A stretch of DNA of 32,000 nucleotides from Candidatus Pelagibacter ubique HTCC1062. GTDB taxonomy: Bacteria; Pseudomonadota; Alphaproteobacteria; Pelagibacterales; Pelagibacteraceae. The notes beneath the pieces are model-generated. The model did no database searches, was not told the origin of the DNA, and worked only from the letters and a program-made list of their open reading frames with translations. The DNA lies in contig NC_007205.1 in assembly GCF_000012345.1 (NCBI RefSeq), positions 1,276,760 through 1,308,759 of the forward strand. Reading direction: 5' to 3'. Below are positions 7,528-16,907 of this stretch, piece after piece (position 1 is the first letter of the stretch; the number at the start of each line of letters is the position of its first letter). A program made the position numbers and the translations under genes.

Positions 7528-8691
7528 CTATTTCCTTTTTTTAAAGTCTGCTCTTAATGTTGATAAAACAATTATTACTAAAAATATTATACAAACTAAA
7601 TTCATTGTTTTCCAACTTGTTAAGGTTAAAAAAACTCCAGCCGATAAGCTTGCTACTGCCTGAATTGAATAAACAATTAAATCATTAAAGCCTTGTGCTT
7701 TAAATTTTTCATCCTCTCTATAAGATAAAACTAGTAAACTTGTTCCAGATATAAATAAAAAGTTCCAACCAAATCCTAAAAATATTAATGCAATTAAATA
7801 ATTAATAAAATTTTGCTCAAATAAACTAGTCAAAATTGTTATAAAAAATAAAACAACACCAGCGTACATAATTTTACTATGTCCAAATTTTTTTATCAAA
7901 TTACCTGTTATCAATGAAGGTAAAAACATAGCTGCGATATGAAGTTGAATTACAAAACCTGTTTTAGTTAAACTTATTTTTTCCATTACATGCATACTTA
8001 TTGGAGTTGCAGTCATTAAAAATGACATCACTGCATAAGCAAATGCCGAAGCCACTAATGCTTGTAGAAATCTTGGTTGAGAAATTAACTCCAAATAACT
8101 ACGTTTGATTTTCTTGTTAACATGATTGGGTTTATGTCCATCCTCATAAAATAATAGAAAAATTGTTGAAGTAAGAGTTAAAGCAGCAAGCGCAATATAA
8201 GATCCGGCATATAAATGTTCGGCTATAAAACCTTTTGTTATATTAGCAACATTTGGTCCTATAAAAGCCGAACCTATTCCTGCTAATAATATTATTGAAA
8301 TAGCTTTTGGTGCCATATCTTTTTTAACAGTCTCAACTGCTGCAAAACGATATTGATGACTAAAGGCTACTCCTGCACCAAGTAAAAAACATGAAAAATT
8401 AAAAAGGATAAAGCTTTCAATAATTATTGCGTACGCCGCTAGAACAGATGATAAGGAGCTCACTACAGAAGCAAACATAAAGCCTGCTCTTCGACCAATT
8501 ATACTCATAACCTTTGCTGCAAAGATTGCAAAAATTGCAATACCAACAATTGATAAAGCCATCGGTAAAGTTGCTAAAGATTTTACTGGACTAAACTGAG
8601 AGCCAATTATTCCACTTAAGAAAACTGTTACGGGTGCTGCTGTAAAAGCAAAAATTTGACTTAAAATTAGCAGCCATAAATTTTTATTCAT
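7528..8691 (-). CDS. MFS transporter (12-TM)
   Basis: 387-aa hydrophobic ORF. An MFS-like loop (GRRAGFMFA) follows TM2. ATG start. Confidence 0.8.
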   Translation of the reverse strand: MNKNLWLLILSQIFAFTAAPVTVFLSGIIGSQFSPVKSLATLPMALSIVGIAIFAIFAAKVMSIIGRRAGFMFASVVSSLSSVLAAYAIIIESFILFNFSCFLLGAGVAFSHQYRFAAVETVKKDMAPKAISIILLAGIGSAFIGPNVANITKGFIAEHLYAGSYIALAALTLTSTIFLLFYEDGHKPNHVNKKIKRSYLELISQPRFLQALVASAFAYAVMSFLMTATPISMHVMEKISLTKTGFVIQLHIAAMFLPSLITGNLIKKFGHSKIMYAGVVLFFITILTSLFEQNFINYLIALIFLGFGWNFLFISGTSLLVLSYREDEKFKAQGFNDLIVYSIQAVASLSAGVFLTLTSWKTMNLVCIIFLVIIVLSTLRADFKKRK

Positions 8692-8767
8692 TAAAAAATG
8701 TATTTATCACTAAGATAAAGAGCAAAACCTAGAGCCATCCCTAATAAAATATATTTCATAATAAAGT

Positions 8768-10138
8768 TTATTTTATTTCGATTTTTTCAGGAAGTATACC
8801 TTTAGGTCTATACCTCATGATCAACAGAAGACCCATCCCCATCATTAAATATCTAAAGTAAGGAACGCTTTCAATTAAATGAATTTTTAATGAATGTGTA
8901 TCTGCTAAACCTGCTGTAAATAAATTAATCAAGAATAATGCAATTGGCGCTGCCTCAATCCATAGAAACCAGACTGCAAAACCTCCTAAAATTGCTCCAA
9001 AATTATTCCCACTTCCTCCAACAATAACCATAACCCAGATTAAAAAAGTATATCTCATAGGTTGGTAACTACCTGGAGTAAATAAACCATCTTGAGTGAC
9101 TAACATAGCGCCAGCAATTCCAACTATAGCTGAGCCTAAAATAAAGATTAATAAATGTTGCTTGACGACATTTTTTCCCATTGCATTAGCAGCTTCTTCA
9201 TTGTCTCTTATCGCACGCATCATTCTTCCCCATGGAGAGTAAAGAGCTTTTTGAGTTACTATTAACAAGGCTATAACAACAATTAAAAATAAACCTGAAT
9301 AACAAAGTTTTACAAAAACTGATGATCCCTCAATTACTAATTGGTTAAGAGCTGATTGTTTATCAGTAATACTGGAGATTAAATCTAATTTCCCAGAATT
9401 AAATTTTGCAACTAAATTTATAAACCATTCTTTAGTTTGGAGTTCAATTTCATAAGGCACTGGTCGATCCAGTCCAATTACATTTTTAACACCTCTTGTT
9501 AACCAATCTTCATGCTTGATTATGGCTATAACTATTTCTGATATTAGTAGTGTGGCAATAGCTAAATAGTCTGCACGTAAACCTAAAGCAACTTTACCAA
9601 CTATAAATGCTAGACCTGCTGCAAAAAATGCACCTACGATCCAAGAAAACATAATTGGCAATCCTAATCCACCAAGAAATCCTGTTGTTGCTGGGTTAAC
9701 ATTTTCAATAGCTTCAATACTTGTCTCTGATGTAACTCTTATAATTATAATTCCAGCAATAATAATTGTAGCAATACCATAAGTTCTAATTTTAGATTTT
9801 TCAAAATTTTTTAATACAAAACGTATTGCAAGGACCATTGCAACAATTAACCATAAAGACATTAGAATACTAAAACCTCCCGCAACCCATGCTTCTTGTA
9901 CAGGTTCAACAGAAATTAAAACTGCAGCTAATCCACCTAATGCCGCATATCCCATTAGACCAAAATTGATTAACCCTGCATACCCCCATTGAATATTTGC
10001 CCCCATAGTCATTACAGCAGAAATTAAACACATGTTAAAAATTGATAGAGCTACATTCCAAGATTGAAATATTCCAACTAAAATAATAAGCCCCAACATG
10101 ATTGCGTAAGCTATAATTACATTTAAGTGCTTTCTCAC
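8768..10138 (-). CDS. livM: Branched-chain/hydrophobic amino acid ABC permease, LivM-type (module 2)
   Basis: 456-aa ORF with the conserved RAIRDNEEAANAMG block. The GTG start overlaps the livH stop (GTGA). It has about 60 more hydrophilic residues before this block than the paralog at 16907-17959. Confidence 0.85.
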   Translation of the reverse strand: MRKHLNVIIAYAIMLGLIILVGIFQSWNVALSIFNMCLISAVMTMGANIQWGYAGLINFGLMGYAALGGLAAVLISVEPVQEAWVAGGFSILMSLWLIVAMVLAIRFVLKNFEKSKIRTYGIATIIIAGIIIIRVTSETSIEAIENVNPATTGFLGGLGLPIMFSWIVGAFFAAGLAFIVGKVALGLRADYLAIATLLISEIVIAIIKHEDWLTRGVKNVIGLDRPVPYEIELQTKEWFINLVAKFNSGKLDLISSITDKQSALNQLVIEGSSVFVKLCYSGLFLIVVIALLIVTQKALYSPWGRMMRAIRDNEEAANAMGKNVVKQHLLIFILGSAIVGIAGAMLVTQDGLFTPGSYQPMRYTFLIWVMVIVGGSGNNFGAILGGFAVWFLWIEAAPIALFLINLFTAGLADTHSLKIHLIESVPYFRYLMMGMGLLLIMRYRPKGILPEKIEIK

Positions 10139-11145
10139 AGTACCTTCCCTTTGAATATTCCATTAGGTCTATAAAGTAAGACAATCACCAGTATAGAAAA
10201 TGAGACAGCAAATTTATAATCTGTTGATAATAACTGAACTAACGTTTCTGGCTCCATGCTTGCTGGCAAAACATACATAAAGAATTTTTTATAAGCATAA
10301 GTTAGGAATATTTCTGAAAATGCTATGACATATCCTCCTAAAAATGCTCCAAAGGGGTTTCCAATACCTCCAACAATTGCTGCAGCAAAAATTGGCAACA
10401 TGTTATTAAAGTAGGTAAATGGCTTAAAACTTTTGTCCAATCCATATAAAGCTCCACCAATTGTCGCTAAAATTCCTGCAATAATCCAAGTAATCATAAC
10501 TACTCTTTTAGGATCAATTCCAGACAATAAAGCTAAATCCTCATTATCAGAATAAGCACGCATGCTTTTTCCTGTCTTAGTTTTGTTTAAAAACCAAAAT
10601 AAAATAGAAACCAATACAATTGTTACAAATATAGTTAATACCTGACTAGATTTAATTGCTAAACCTTCATTAAGTCCTGTCATTTCTTTAAACTCACTTG
10701 CTTTGATAATAAATTTTTCCCCATCAAAAAACCTCTGATCTGATGGACCGATTATTATTCTAACAACAGCTTGAGTTACAAACATTACACCAATACTAAC
10801 CATTGCAAGTTGAACAGGAGGACTTTTGCTCACTCTATAATATCTAAAAACAAATTTATCAATTAAGAGCATATATCCAATTGTTAAAACAATTGCAAAA
10901 GGGATGGCAAGTAACGCTGTTGGTAAAACACCTAAAGAAATTCCAAGTGATTGAAAATACCAAGTAAATAATATGGTGACCATCGTACCAAAAGCCATCA
11001 TGTCCCCAGTTGCAAAATTAGCAAACCTTAAAATTCCATAAATTAAAGTTACAAATATTGCACCTAGTGCTAGTTGAGAGCCATACGTAAGAGCTGGCAT
11101 AAAAATATAATTTAATAATAATATAATTGCGTTTAAGAATTCCAT
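10135..11145 (-). CDS. livH: Branched-chain/hydrophobic amino acid ABC permease, LivH-type (module 2)
   Basis: The ORF track starts at a GTG (11154). I prefer the in-frame ATG at 11145, which is preceded by AGGTGG plus a 5-nt spacer. Blocks MRAYSDNEDLALLSGI and GGIGNPFGAFLGG are LivH-like. Confidence 0.85.
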   Translation of the reverse strand: MEFLNAIILLLNYIFMPALTYGSQLALGAIFVTLIYGILRFANFATGDMMAFGTMVTILFTWYFQSLGISLGVLPTALLAIPFAIVLTIGYMLLIDKFVFRYYRVSKSPPVQLAMVSIGVMFVTQAVVRIIIGPSDQRFFDGEKFIIKASEFKEMTGLNEGLAIKSSQVLTIFVTIVLVSILFWFLNKTKTGKSMRAYSDNEDLALLSGIDPKRVVMITWIIAGILATIGGALYGLDKSFKPFTYFNNMLPIFAAAIVGGIGNPFGAFLGGYVIAFSEIFLTYAYKKFFMYVLPASMEPETLVQLLSTDYKFAVSFSILVIVLLYRPNGIFKGKVL

Positions 11146-11146
11146 A

Positions 11147-11854
11147 CTATCCACCTAAAAAAGAGCTTCTTACTCTTGGGTCGTTTAATAATTCTTTTCC
11201 TGTTCCTGAATACTTATTTTCACCTGTAACTAGTACATATCCACGATCAGAAATATTAAGCGCTTGTTTAGCATTTTGCTCAACCATTAAAATTGCAACA
11301 TTAGTTCTTTTTACTTTGATGATATGATCAAATAATTCATCCATTACTATTGGAGAAACACCAGCAGTGGGTTCATCTAACATTAATACAGATGGTTTTA
11401 TCATTAATGCTCTTCCAAGAGCCACTTGTTGTCTTTGACCTCCAGATAATTCACCAACTAATTGGTTTCTTTTTTCTCTAAGTATTGGAAATAGTTCATA
11501 AATTTCTTCTATAATATTTTGATAATTGTCATCTCTTAAATAAGCTCCCATCTCTAAATTTTCTTCAACACTCATTCCAGAAAATACATTTTTTGTCTGT
11601 GGTACAAATGAAATACCTTCTCTCACCCTATCTTGTGGTGAAAGTTTTGAAATATCTTTGCCATCAATTATAACTGAACCAGATTTTAAATTTAAAAGAC
11701 CAAGCATTGCTTTCATGGCTGTTGATTTACCAGCACCATTAGGTCCAAGAATTGAAACTATTTCGCCTCTGTTTACATTAACTGAACAAGAGTTGATGAT
11801 ATCAGGTCCATTACCATAACCACCTGTCATTTTTAAACCTTCAAAAAAAGCCAT
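11147..11854 (-). CDS. livF: ABC transporter ATP-binding protein, LivF-type (module 2)
   Basis: Walker A is GPNGAGKST, the signature is LSGGQRQ and Walker B is LMLDEP. The start overlaps the livG stop by 1 nt. Confidence 0.9.
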   Translation of the reverse strand: MAFFEGLKMTGGYGNGPDIINSCSVNVNRGEIVSILGPNGAGKSTAMKAMLGLLNLKSGSVIIDGKDISKLSPQDRVREGISFVPQTKNVFSGMSVEENLEMGAYLRDDNYQNIIEEIYELFPILREKRNQLVGELSGGQRQQVALGRALMIKPSVLMLDEPTAGVSPIVMDELFDHIIKVKRTNVAILMVEQNAKQALNISDRGYVLVTGENKYSGTGKELLNDPRVRSSFLGG

Positions 11855-12648
11855 TAGTTCTCATCCTTTATCTTTGATCCTCTGCCTAAATAGCTTTCTA
11901 TAACTTTTTCATCTTTCTTAGCTTCTTCAGCGGTCCCTTCAAATAAAACTGAACCTTCTGCCATAACAATAACAGGGTTACATAATCTACTTATAAACTC
12001 CATATCATGTTCGATCATACAGAATGTATAACCTTCTTCCTTATTTAACTTAAGAATAGCAGTTCCTAAATCTTTAAGCAGTGTTCTATTAACACCAGCA
12101 CCTACTTCATCAAGTAATACTAATTTTGCATCAACCATCATGGTTCTTCCAAGTTCTAATAATTTTTTTTGGCCTCCAGATAAATTCCCAGCTAATTCAT
12201 TTGATAAATGAGTCAGATTTAAAAAATCAACTACGTCTTGGGCTTTTTGTTTAACTTTAAGTTCTTCCGTTCTAACTAAACTTGGTTTTAATAAAGCAGT
12301 CATTAAATTTTCACCTGACTGATTTGCAGGAACCATCATTAAATTTTCAAGCACAGAAAGATTAGTAAACTCATGTGCTATTTGAAAAGTTCTTAAAATT
12401 CCTTTAGAAAATAATTCATATGAAGGAACGTCAGTAACATCCTCATTATTAAACAATACTTTTCCTTGTGAGGATTTTAAATTTCCAGCTATTAGATTGA
12501 ACAAGGTGGTCTTGCCTGAGCCGTTAGGTCCTATAATTCCTGTAATAGAGCCTTTCTTAATCTTTAATGAACAATCTGACACTGCAGCCAAACCTCCAAA
12601 ATATTTAGATAGATTTTCAATTTGTAAGATGTTCTGTTCTTGATCCAT
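11854..12648 (-). CDS. livG: ABC transporter ATP-binding protein, LivG-type (module 2)
   Basis: Walker A is GPNGSGKTT, the signature is LSGGQKK and Walker B is LVLLDEV (Val where Pro is usual). The C-terminal VIESYLG tail is typical of LivG. Confidence 0.9.
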   Translation of the reverse strand: MDQEQNILQIENLSKYFGGLAAVSDCSLKIKKGSITGIIGPNGSGKTTLFNLIAGNLKSSQGKVLFNNEDVTDVPSYELFSKGILRTFQIAHEFTNLSVLENLMMVPANQSGENLMTALLKPSLVRTEELKVKQKAQDVVDFLNLTHLSNELAGNLSGGQKKLLELGRTMMVDAKLVLLDEVGAGVNRTLLKDLGTAILKLNKEEGYTFCMIEHDMEFISRLCNPVIVMAEGSVLFEGTAEEAKKDEKVIESYLGRGSKIKDEN

Positions 12649-12653
12649 GAAAT

Positions 12654-13421
12654 TTATTTATTTAATCTTCTATGTATACTGTTGAGTGTCTTTTCTAAAG
12701 ATTTATAAAAACCTGCTCTGCTTAATTCTTTAACTCCTTGTTCATTCAATCCTTTAGGTGTTTGAGACTCTTTTACTAAAAATTTTAAATCTTTTTTAGA
12801 GTTTACAACTGCATCTTCTGATAATGCTAAAAATAAAGATGTTATATATTTTTGTGCATTATTTCGTTTAACTCCTCTTTTCACTAACCAGTCTGTCATT
12901 ACTCTTAGTAATTCATAAAAGGGTGCCATCATTCCAGAGGTTGACCAAAAATTGATTGAAGATTTTTCATTTTTAATTTCAACGGTTGTGCCAATTTTAT
13001 TAAAAAAATCTTTAACTTTTTTATTGGGTGGACAAATGGGTACTGGTCCTTTTTTTAAAGATATAGGAGGTAATGGTATCGCTCTTATAATTTTTGCTTT
13101 AACTTTGATTGCTTTTTTAAGTTGAGCTAAAGTAATTGTTGATATGAAACTAATTACAGTTTGATTTGATCTAAACTTTAAATTTTTAATAATTTTTTCA
13201 CCCACTGCTGGAGTTACTGATAAAAATATCCAATCACAAGAATTAATAATTTCCTGGTTATCTTTACTAACAGTTATCTTTTTAAACTTTTTTTTTAAAA
13301 TACTAGATGTAGATTTATTTCTCTCAGAGATGATTATTTTGTTATACGAAATACTGGAACTGCAAATACCAGTGATAACGGCAGACGTAATTTTACCTGT
13401 TCCTATAAAGCCTAATTTCAT
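12654..13421 (-). CDS. Pyrroline-5-carboxylate reductase family NAD(P)H oxidoreductase (divergent, ProC-like)
   Basis: 255-aa ORF. It has an N-terminal Rossmann motif GFIGTGKI. The C-terminal ESQTPKGLNEQG occupies the place of the P5CR (S/T)PGGTT block. Overall it is a divergent member. Confidence 0.65.
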   Translation of the reverse strand: MKLGFIGTGKITSAVITGICSSSISYNKIIISERNKSTSSILKKKFKKITVSKDNQEIINSCDWIFLSVTPAVGEKIIKNLKFRSNQTVISFISTITLAQLKKAIKVKAKIIRAIPLPPISLKKGPVPICPPNKKVKDFFNKIGTTVEIKNEKSSINFWSTSGMMAPFYELLRVMTDWLVKRGVKRNNAQKYITSLFLALSEDAVVNSKKDLKFLVKESQTPKGLNEQGVKELSRAGFYKSLEKTLNSIHRRLNK

Positions 13422-13453
13422 AAATATAGTTACTTTATAGTGATATTAGTGAA

Positions 13454-14365
13454 TTAATTAATAAAAAAAGAACCTCTAATTCTCAATAGTTCTCTGCTTA
13501 AATCTTTATTTTCTTTGAAAGGTTTTCTTCCGTGTAACCAAAAATAATTATTAGCCACAATGGTTGATCCAGGTACTAATTTAGTGATTACTTTGTTCTT
13601 ACTCTCCTCTAAAGCATCTGATAATTTTTGTAAGAAAATTCCTTGATCCATATTTTTTGGTTCAGGGAATTGATCAATATAAGAAATATTTGGCTTACCG
13701 TTATCATCTGTTGTGAAAACTGGATGTTCAACTTTATATTCTATATTTTTACTTTTAGGAGACCCCCATACAAAATTTTGTTTTCCAATGGGGTCATTGA
13801 ATAAATCCTCACAATGTTCCCAGTCATCAAGATGCAACATTGCTGTTTCTCCTCCTTGGACATTTTGTTCTTCAATTTTAGTCATCAAAAGCCAATCTGT
13901 GATCTCTTTAACATATGTCCCATCCGTATGAAGATCCATATTTGTGTAAGCTTTTCTTAAGTACGAGTCACTTTTATCTTCATGCTTTACAAAAAATCTT
14001 GCATAATATTTTCCAGCCATGGCATCATAATTTGGATTACCAATTAAATAGGCAATTGCTGTTGATAGCTTTACTAAAAAGATATCATTAATTTTTGCAC
14101 TTACTTTTTTTGGTCCAATTATAAAACAACCTGTTTCTCTATCTCTTACTATTGAATTAAGTAATTTGCTTAATTTATTAGAAGTTAAATCATCTAAACT
14201 TTTAGCAATAGTAAATCTGGTAAATGGTTTGTACTCTAAGGCAGTGATATCAAATTTATTGAATGGAAATATTAATTTATCTAAAATTTCATCTTCAATT
14301 CTAATGTCAATTATTCTTTTTGAATTTTGATGTTCTGTTATTGTTATTCCAGAGATATTTTCCAT
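13454..14365 (-). CDS. csiD: CsiD/GlaH-family Fe(II)/2-oxoglutarate-dependent hydroxylase (glutarate 2-hydroxylase-like)
   Basis: 303-aa ORF. Long blocks agree with my recollection of E. coli CsiD: ALEYKPFTRFTIAK, YDAMAGKYYARFFVKHEDKSDSYLR, DLHTDGTYVKEITDW, EQNVQGGETAMLHLDDWEH, YIDQF, FWLHGR and RELLRIRGSFF. The HxD...H iron triad is present. Confidence 0.85.
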   Translation of the reverse strand: MENISGITITEHQNSKRIIDIRIEDEILDKLIFPFNKFDITALEYKPFTRFTIAKSLDDLTSNKLSKLLNSIVRDRETGCFIIGPKKVSAKINDIFLVKLSTAIAYLIGNPNYDAMAGKYYARFFVKHEDKSDSYLRKAYTNMDLHTDGTYVKEITDWLLMTKIEEQNVQGGETAMLHLDDWEHCEDLFNDPIGKQNFVWGSPKSKNIEYKVEHPVFTTDDNGKPNISYIDQFPEPKNMDQGIFLQKLSDALEESKNKVITKLVPGSTIVANNYFWLHGRKPFKENKDLSRELLRIRGSFFIN

Positions 14366-14688
14366 TAGAAATAATTACTTAGTACCGCCATCATGATAGC
14401 AGAAATAACAGTAGGATAAACAAAATTTCTTTTAGATATAAAAAATATAAATAAACAAAATAAAACAACAGTTACTCTACTTAAGTAACTAGCATCAGAC
14501 AAAACACCTACTGGAAATATAATTGTTCTTGCTATTAATGCGGCTAGTGTTGAGTAGGCAAGACAATTAAACCATTTAAATAATTTTGAAGTTTCTTTTA
14601 TTCCTTGTGAAGAAATTGCACCTAAAAACCTTGAAGAGAAAGTTGCAAGGGACGTGACTAAGATTGCAAGAAATACACTAGTTGACAT
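14365..14688 (-). CDS. azlD: AzlD-family branched-chain amino acid exporter small subunit
   Basis: 107-aa ORF with 3-4 TM segments, immediately downstream of and overlapping azlC by 11 nt. Its stop overlaps the csiD-like start. Confidence 0.8.
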   Translation of the reverse strand: MSTSVFLAILVTSLATFSSRFLGAISSQGIKETSKLFKWFNCLAYSTLAALIARTIIFPVGVLSDASYLSRVTVVLFCLFIFFISKRNFVYPTVISAIMMAVLSNYF

Positions 14689-15382
14689 TTAGCTCTCCTA
14701 TAAAATAAGCAATTGTTCCACCAACAAGTCCTCCCAATAAAATTGACCACTCTGGAGATAGAAAATAAAAAATTGGTCCTAATACCAAGCCTAAAATTAC
14801 TGCAGCTGTAATTTGAATAGTTTTCATTGCCCCAACCATCATGCATAAAAAATAAATTGGGTTTAAAATTGCTAAGCCCATCATCATATTTTTATCCAAA
14901 TAATCAGATGCGTAAAATCCTATAAAAGTTCCTATTACCGCTGTAGTCCAAGTAGCACAACCAATTCCAATCCAAAAATCAATTCTATGTTTTTTTTCAA
15001 TACTTTTATAGTTACTCTTCATAATCAGCCATGCAGATACTGCTATAAAATGACATGAAAAGTAATATTTCCATTTTGGTTGGCTTTTGTGCATCATTAA
15101 TGGAAACAAAGAAACAGCCATTGGATAAAGACGAGCATTAACAAACCAAACAGCTAAAAAAATATTTAATAATGAAGCTCCAACTAATAACGACTCTGCC
15201 ATAACTAATGATCCAGGCAAAGCATAAGTAAGCATAGTTGAAAAAATACTTTCTTGAATATTAAATCCTAAATTTTTAAGAAGTGCCCCAATTGCTATAA
15301 AACAACATCCAAGTGCAAGGGCTGGGCTATCTGGAGCTAAAATAGATTTGAAACCTTTAAAGAAAAATTCTTTATTAATCAT
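14678..15382 (-). CDS. azlC: AzlC-family branched-chain amino acid exporter large subunit
   Basis: 234-aa polytopic membrane ORF. The size and the pairing with an AzlD-like ORF are characteristic. Confidence 0.8.
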   Translation of the reverse strand: MINKEFFFKGFKSILAPDSPALALGCCFIAIGALLKNLGFNIQESIFSTMLTYALPGSLVMAESLLVGASLLNIFLAVWFVNARLYPMAVSLFPLMMHKSQPKWKYYFSCHFIAVSAWLIMKSNYKSIEKKHRIDFWIGIGCATWTTAVIGTFIGFYASDYLDKNMMMGLAILNPIYFLCMMVGAMKTIQITAAVILGLVLGPIFYFLSPEWSILLGGLVGGTIAYFIGELNVN

Positions 15383-16167
15383 TAACCACCAAGGAATAAT
15401 CTACCAACGTCAGGATTTTTTAATAAATCGTCCCCTTTGCCAGCAATAGCAGTTTGTCCTGATACTAAAACATAACCTATATCAGCAAACTCTAATCCTT
15501 TTTTAGCATTTTGTTCCACTAGGATAATAGTTTTCTTTTCTGTTTGTTGAAGGTCTCTTAATATTTCAAAAACCATATCTATATATCTCGGTTCTAAACC
15601 AATTGAAGGTTCATCAACAAGTAATACAGAAGGTTTCATAACTAGTGCTCTAGAAATTTCTAATAATCTTCTTTCCCCACCAGATAAAACTTTTGCAGGT
15701 TGGTTTCTTCTGTTTCTTAATCTTTCATATTTTTCAAAAATTCTTTCAGCTTCTTGATAAGATTCGTCTGTGTTTTCTTTAGTATAACCACCCATTAGTA
15801 AATTTTCTTCAACCGTCATATCTGGAAAGACTGAATTATCTTGTAAGATATATGCTATTCCACACGACTTAAGTTTTTCTGCTGGGGTTAGATGCGTAAT
15901 TTCTTTACCATCAATTTCTATTTGCCCTGAAAAGATATTTGTAAATCCATAAATAGAGTGAAGAATTGTAGATTTTCCAGCACCATTTGGACCAATTAAA
16001 CATAGAGATTGAGCTTTACTTACACACAAATCAAAATCATGTAGAATTTCCATCTTACCATAACCAGCAGATAAATTTTTAATCGTTACATGGTTATTGT
16101 CTGGAGATAGTTTTTTTAATTCTTCAGGTCCTGGTGCTTTTCCTAATACATCATATTGATTTGACAT
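15382..16167 (-). CDS. livF: ABC transporter ATP-binding protein, LivF-type (module 1)
   Basis: Walker A is GPNGAGKST, the signature is LSGGERR and Walker B is LLVDEP. It has an N-terminal extension of about 27 aa relative to the module 2 paralog. Confidence 0.9.
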   Translation of the reverse strand: MSNQYDVLGKAPGPEELKKLSPDNNHVTIKNLSAGYGKMEILHDFDLCVSKAQSLCLIGPNGAGKSTILHSIYGFTNIFSGQIEIDGKEITHLTPAEKLKSCGIAYILQDNSVFPDMTVEENLLMGGYTKENTDESYQEAERIFEKYERLRNRRNQPAKVLSGGERRLLEISRALVMKPSVLLVDEPSIGLEPRYIDMVFEILRDLQQTEKKTIILVEQNAKKGLEFADIGYVLVSGQTAIAGKGDDLLKNPDVGRLFLGG

Positions 16168-16907
16168 TATTGTGCTCCCAAGTAAGCGTCTAGCACACGC
16201 TTATCATTTTTAATTTCATCTGGAGTTCCGTTTGCCAACATTTGACCATGTGCTAAACAAAAAACTCTTTGTGCTAAATTCATAATTACTTTCATATTAT
16301 GCTCTATAACTAACAGGGTAATCCCATAATCTTTATTAACACTAATTAAACGATCAATAATTCCATTAATTAATGTTGGATTAATTCCAGCTGTTGGCTC
16401 ATCTAACAAGAGCATTTTGGGCTCATTCATTAATGCCATTGCTAGTTCTAATAATTTTTGCTGACCAAAAGAAAGATCTCCTGCTCTAAGTTTTCTTTTT
16501 TGATGAAGTCCTACAAACTTTAATAATGTTTCTGCTTTATCAGTTAAACCTGAAGGTATTTTTTGGAAAACTGTTAAAATTCCATCATTTTCAGGTTTGT
16601 GGCTGATTAGCATATTTTGAATACAGTTTAATTTTCCATAAATTCGGGTTTGTTGAAAAGTTCTAAGTAATCCAAGTTTAGCAATAACAGGTACTGGTAA
16701 CTCAGAGACTTCTCTGTTGTTAAATTTAATTGAACCCCCATCAATTGGATAAGTTCCAACTATTGAGTTAAATAAAGTAGTTTTTCCAGAACCATTTGGC
16801 CCAATTAATCCAACTATTGAACCTTGTTCAACTGACATAGAGATATCTACGTTGGCTTTAACACCGCCAAAAGATTTACTTACATTTGATATATCTAATA
16901 TAGCCAT
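16167..16907 (-). CDS. livG: ABC transporter ATP-binding protein, LivG-type (module 1)
   Basis: Walker A is GPNGSGKTT, the signature is LSFGQQK and Walker B is LLLDEP. It has a C-terminal VLDAYLG tail. Confidence 0.9.
   Translation of the reverse strand: MAILDISNVSKSFGGVKANVDISMSVEQGSIVGLIGPNGSGKTTLFNSIVGTYPIDGGSIKFNNREVSELPVPVIAKLGLLRTFQQTRIYGKLNCIQNMLISHKPENDGILTVFQKIPSGLTDKAETLLKFVGLHQKRKLRAGDLSFGQQKLLELAMALMNEPKMLLLDEPTAGINPTLINGIIDRLISVNKDYGITLLVIEHNMKVIMNLAQRVFCLAHGQMLANGTPDEIKNDKRVLDAYLGAQ

Noticed and set aside
8768-10138. An extra hydrophilic segment of about 60 aa in the module 2 LivM, considered as a novel domain
   Set aside because: LivM-family permeases vary widely in length (E. 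coli LivM is about 425 aa). The segment has no recognisable motif and is probably family-normal loop variation.
11127-11327. 66-aa plus-strand ORF
   Set aside because: Antisense across the livH/livF junction, with no independent support.
13713-13931. 72-aa plus-strand ORF
   Set aside because: Antisense shadow inside the csiD-like gene.
14658-14846. 62-aa minus-strand ORF
   Set aside because: It is an alternative frame overlapping the azlC 3' end and the azlD 5' end. Its Cys/Trp/Asn-rich composition is atypical for this genome.
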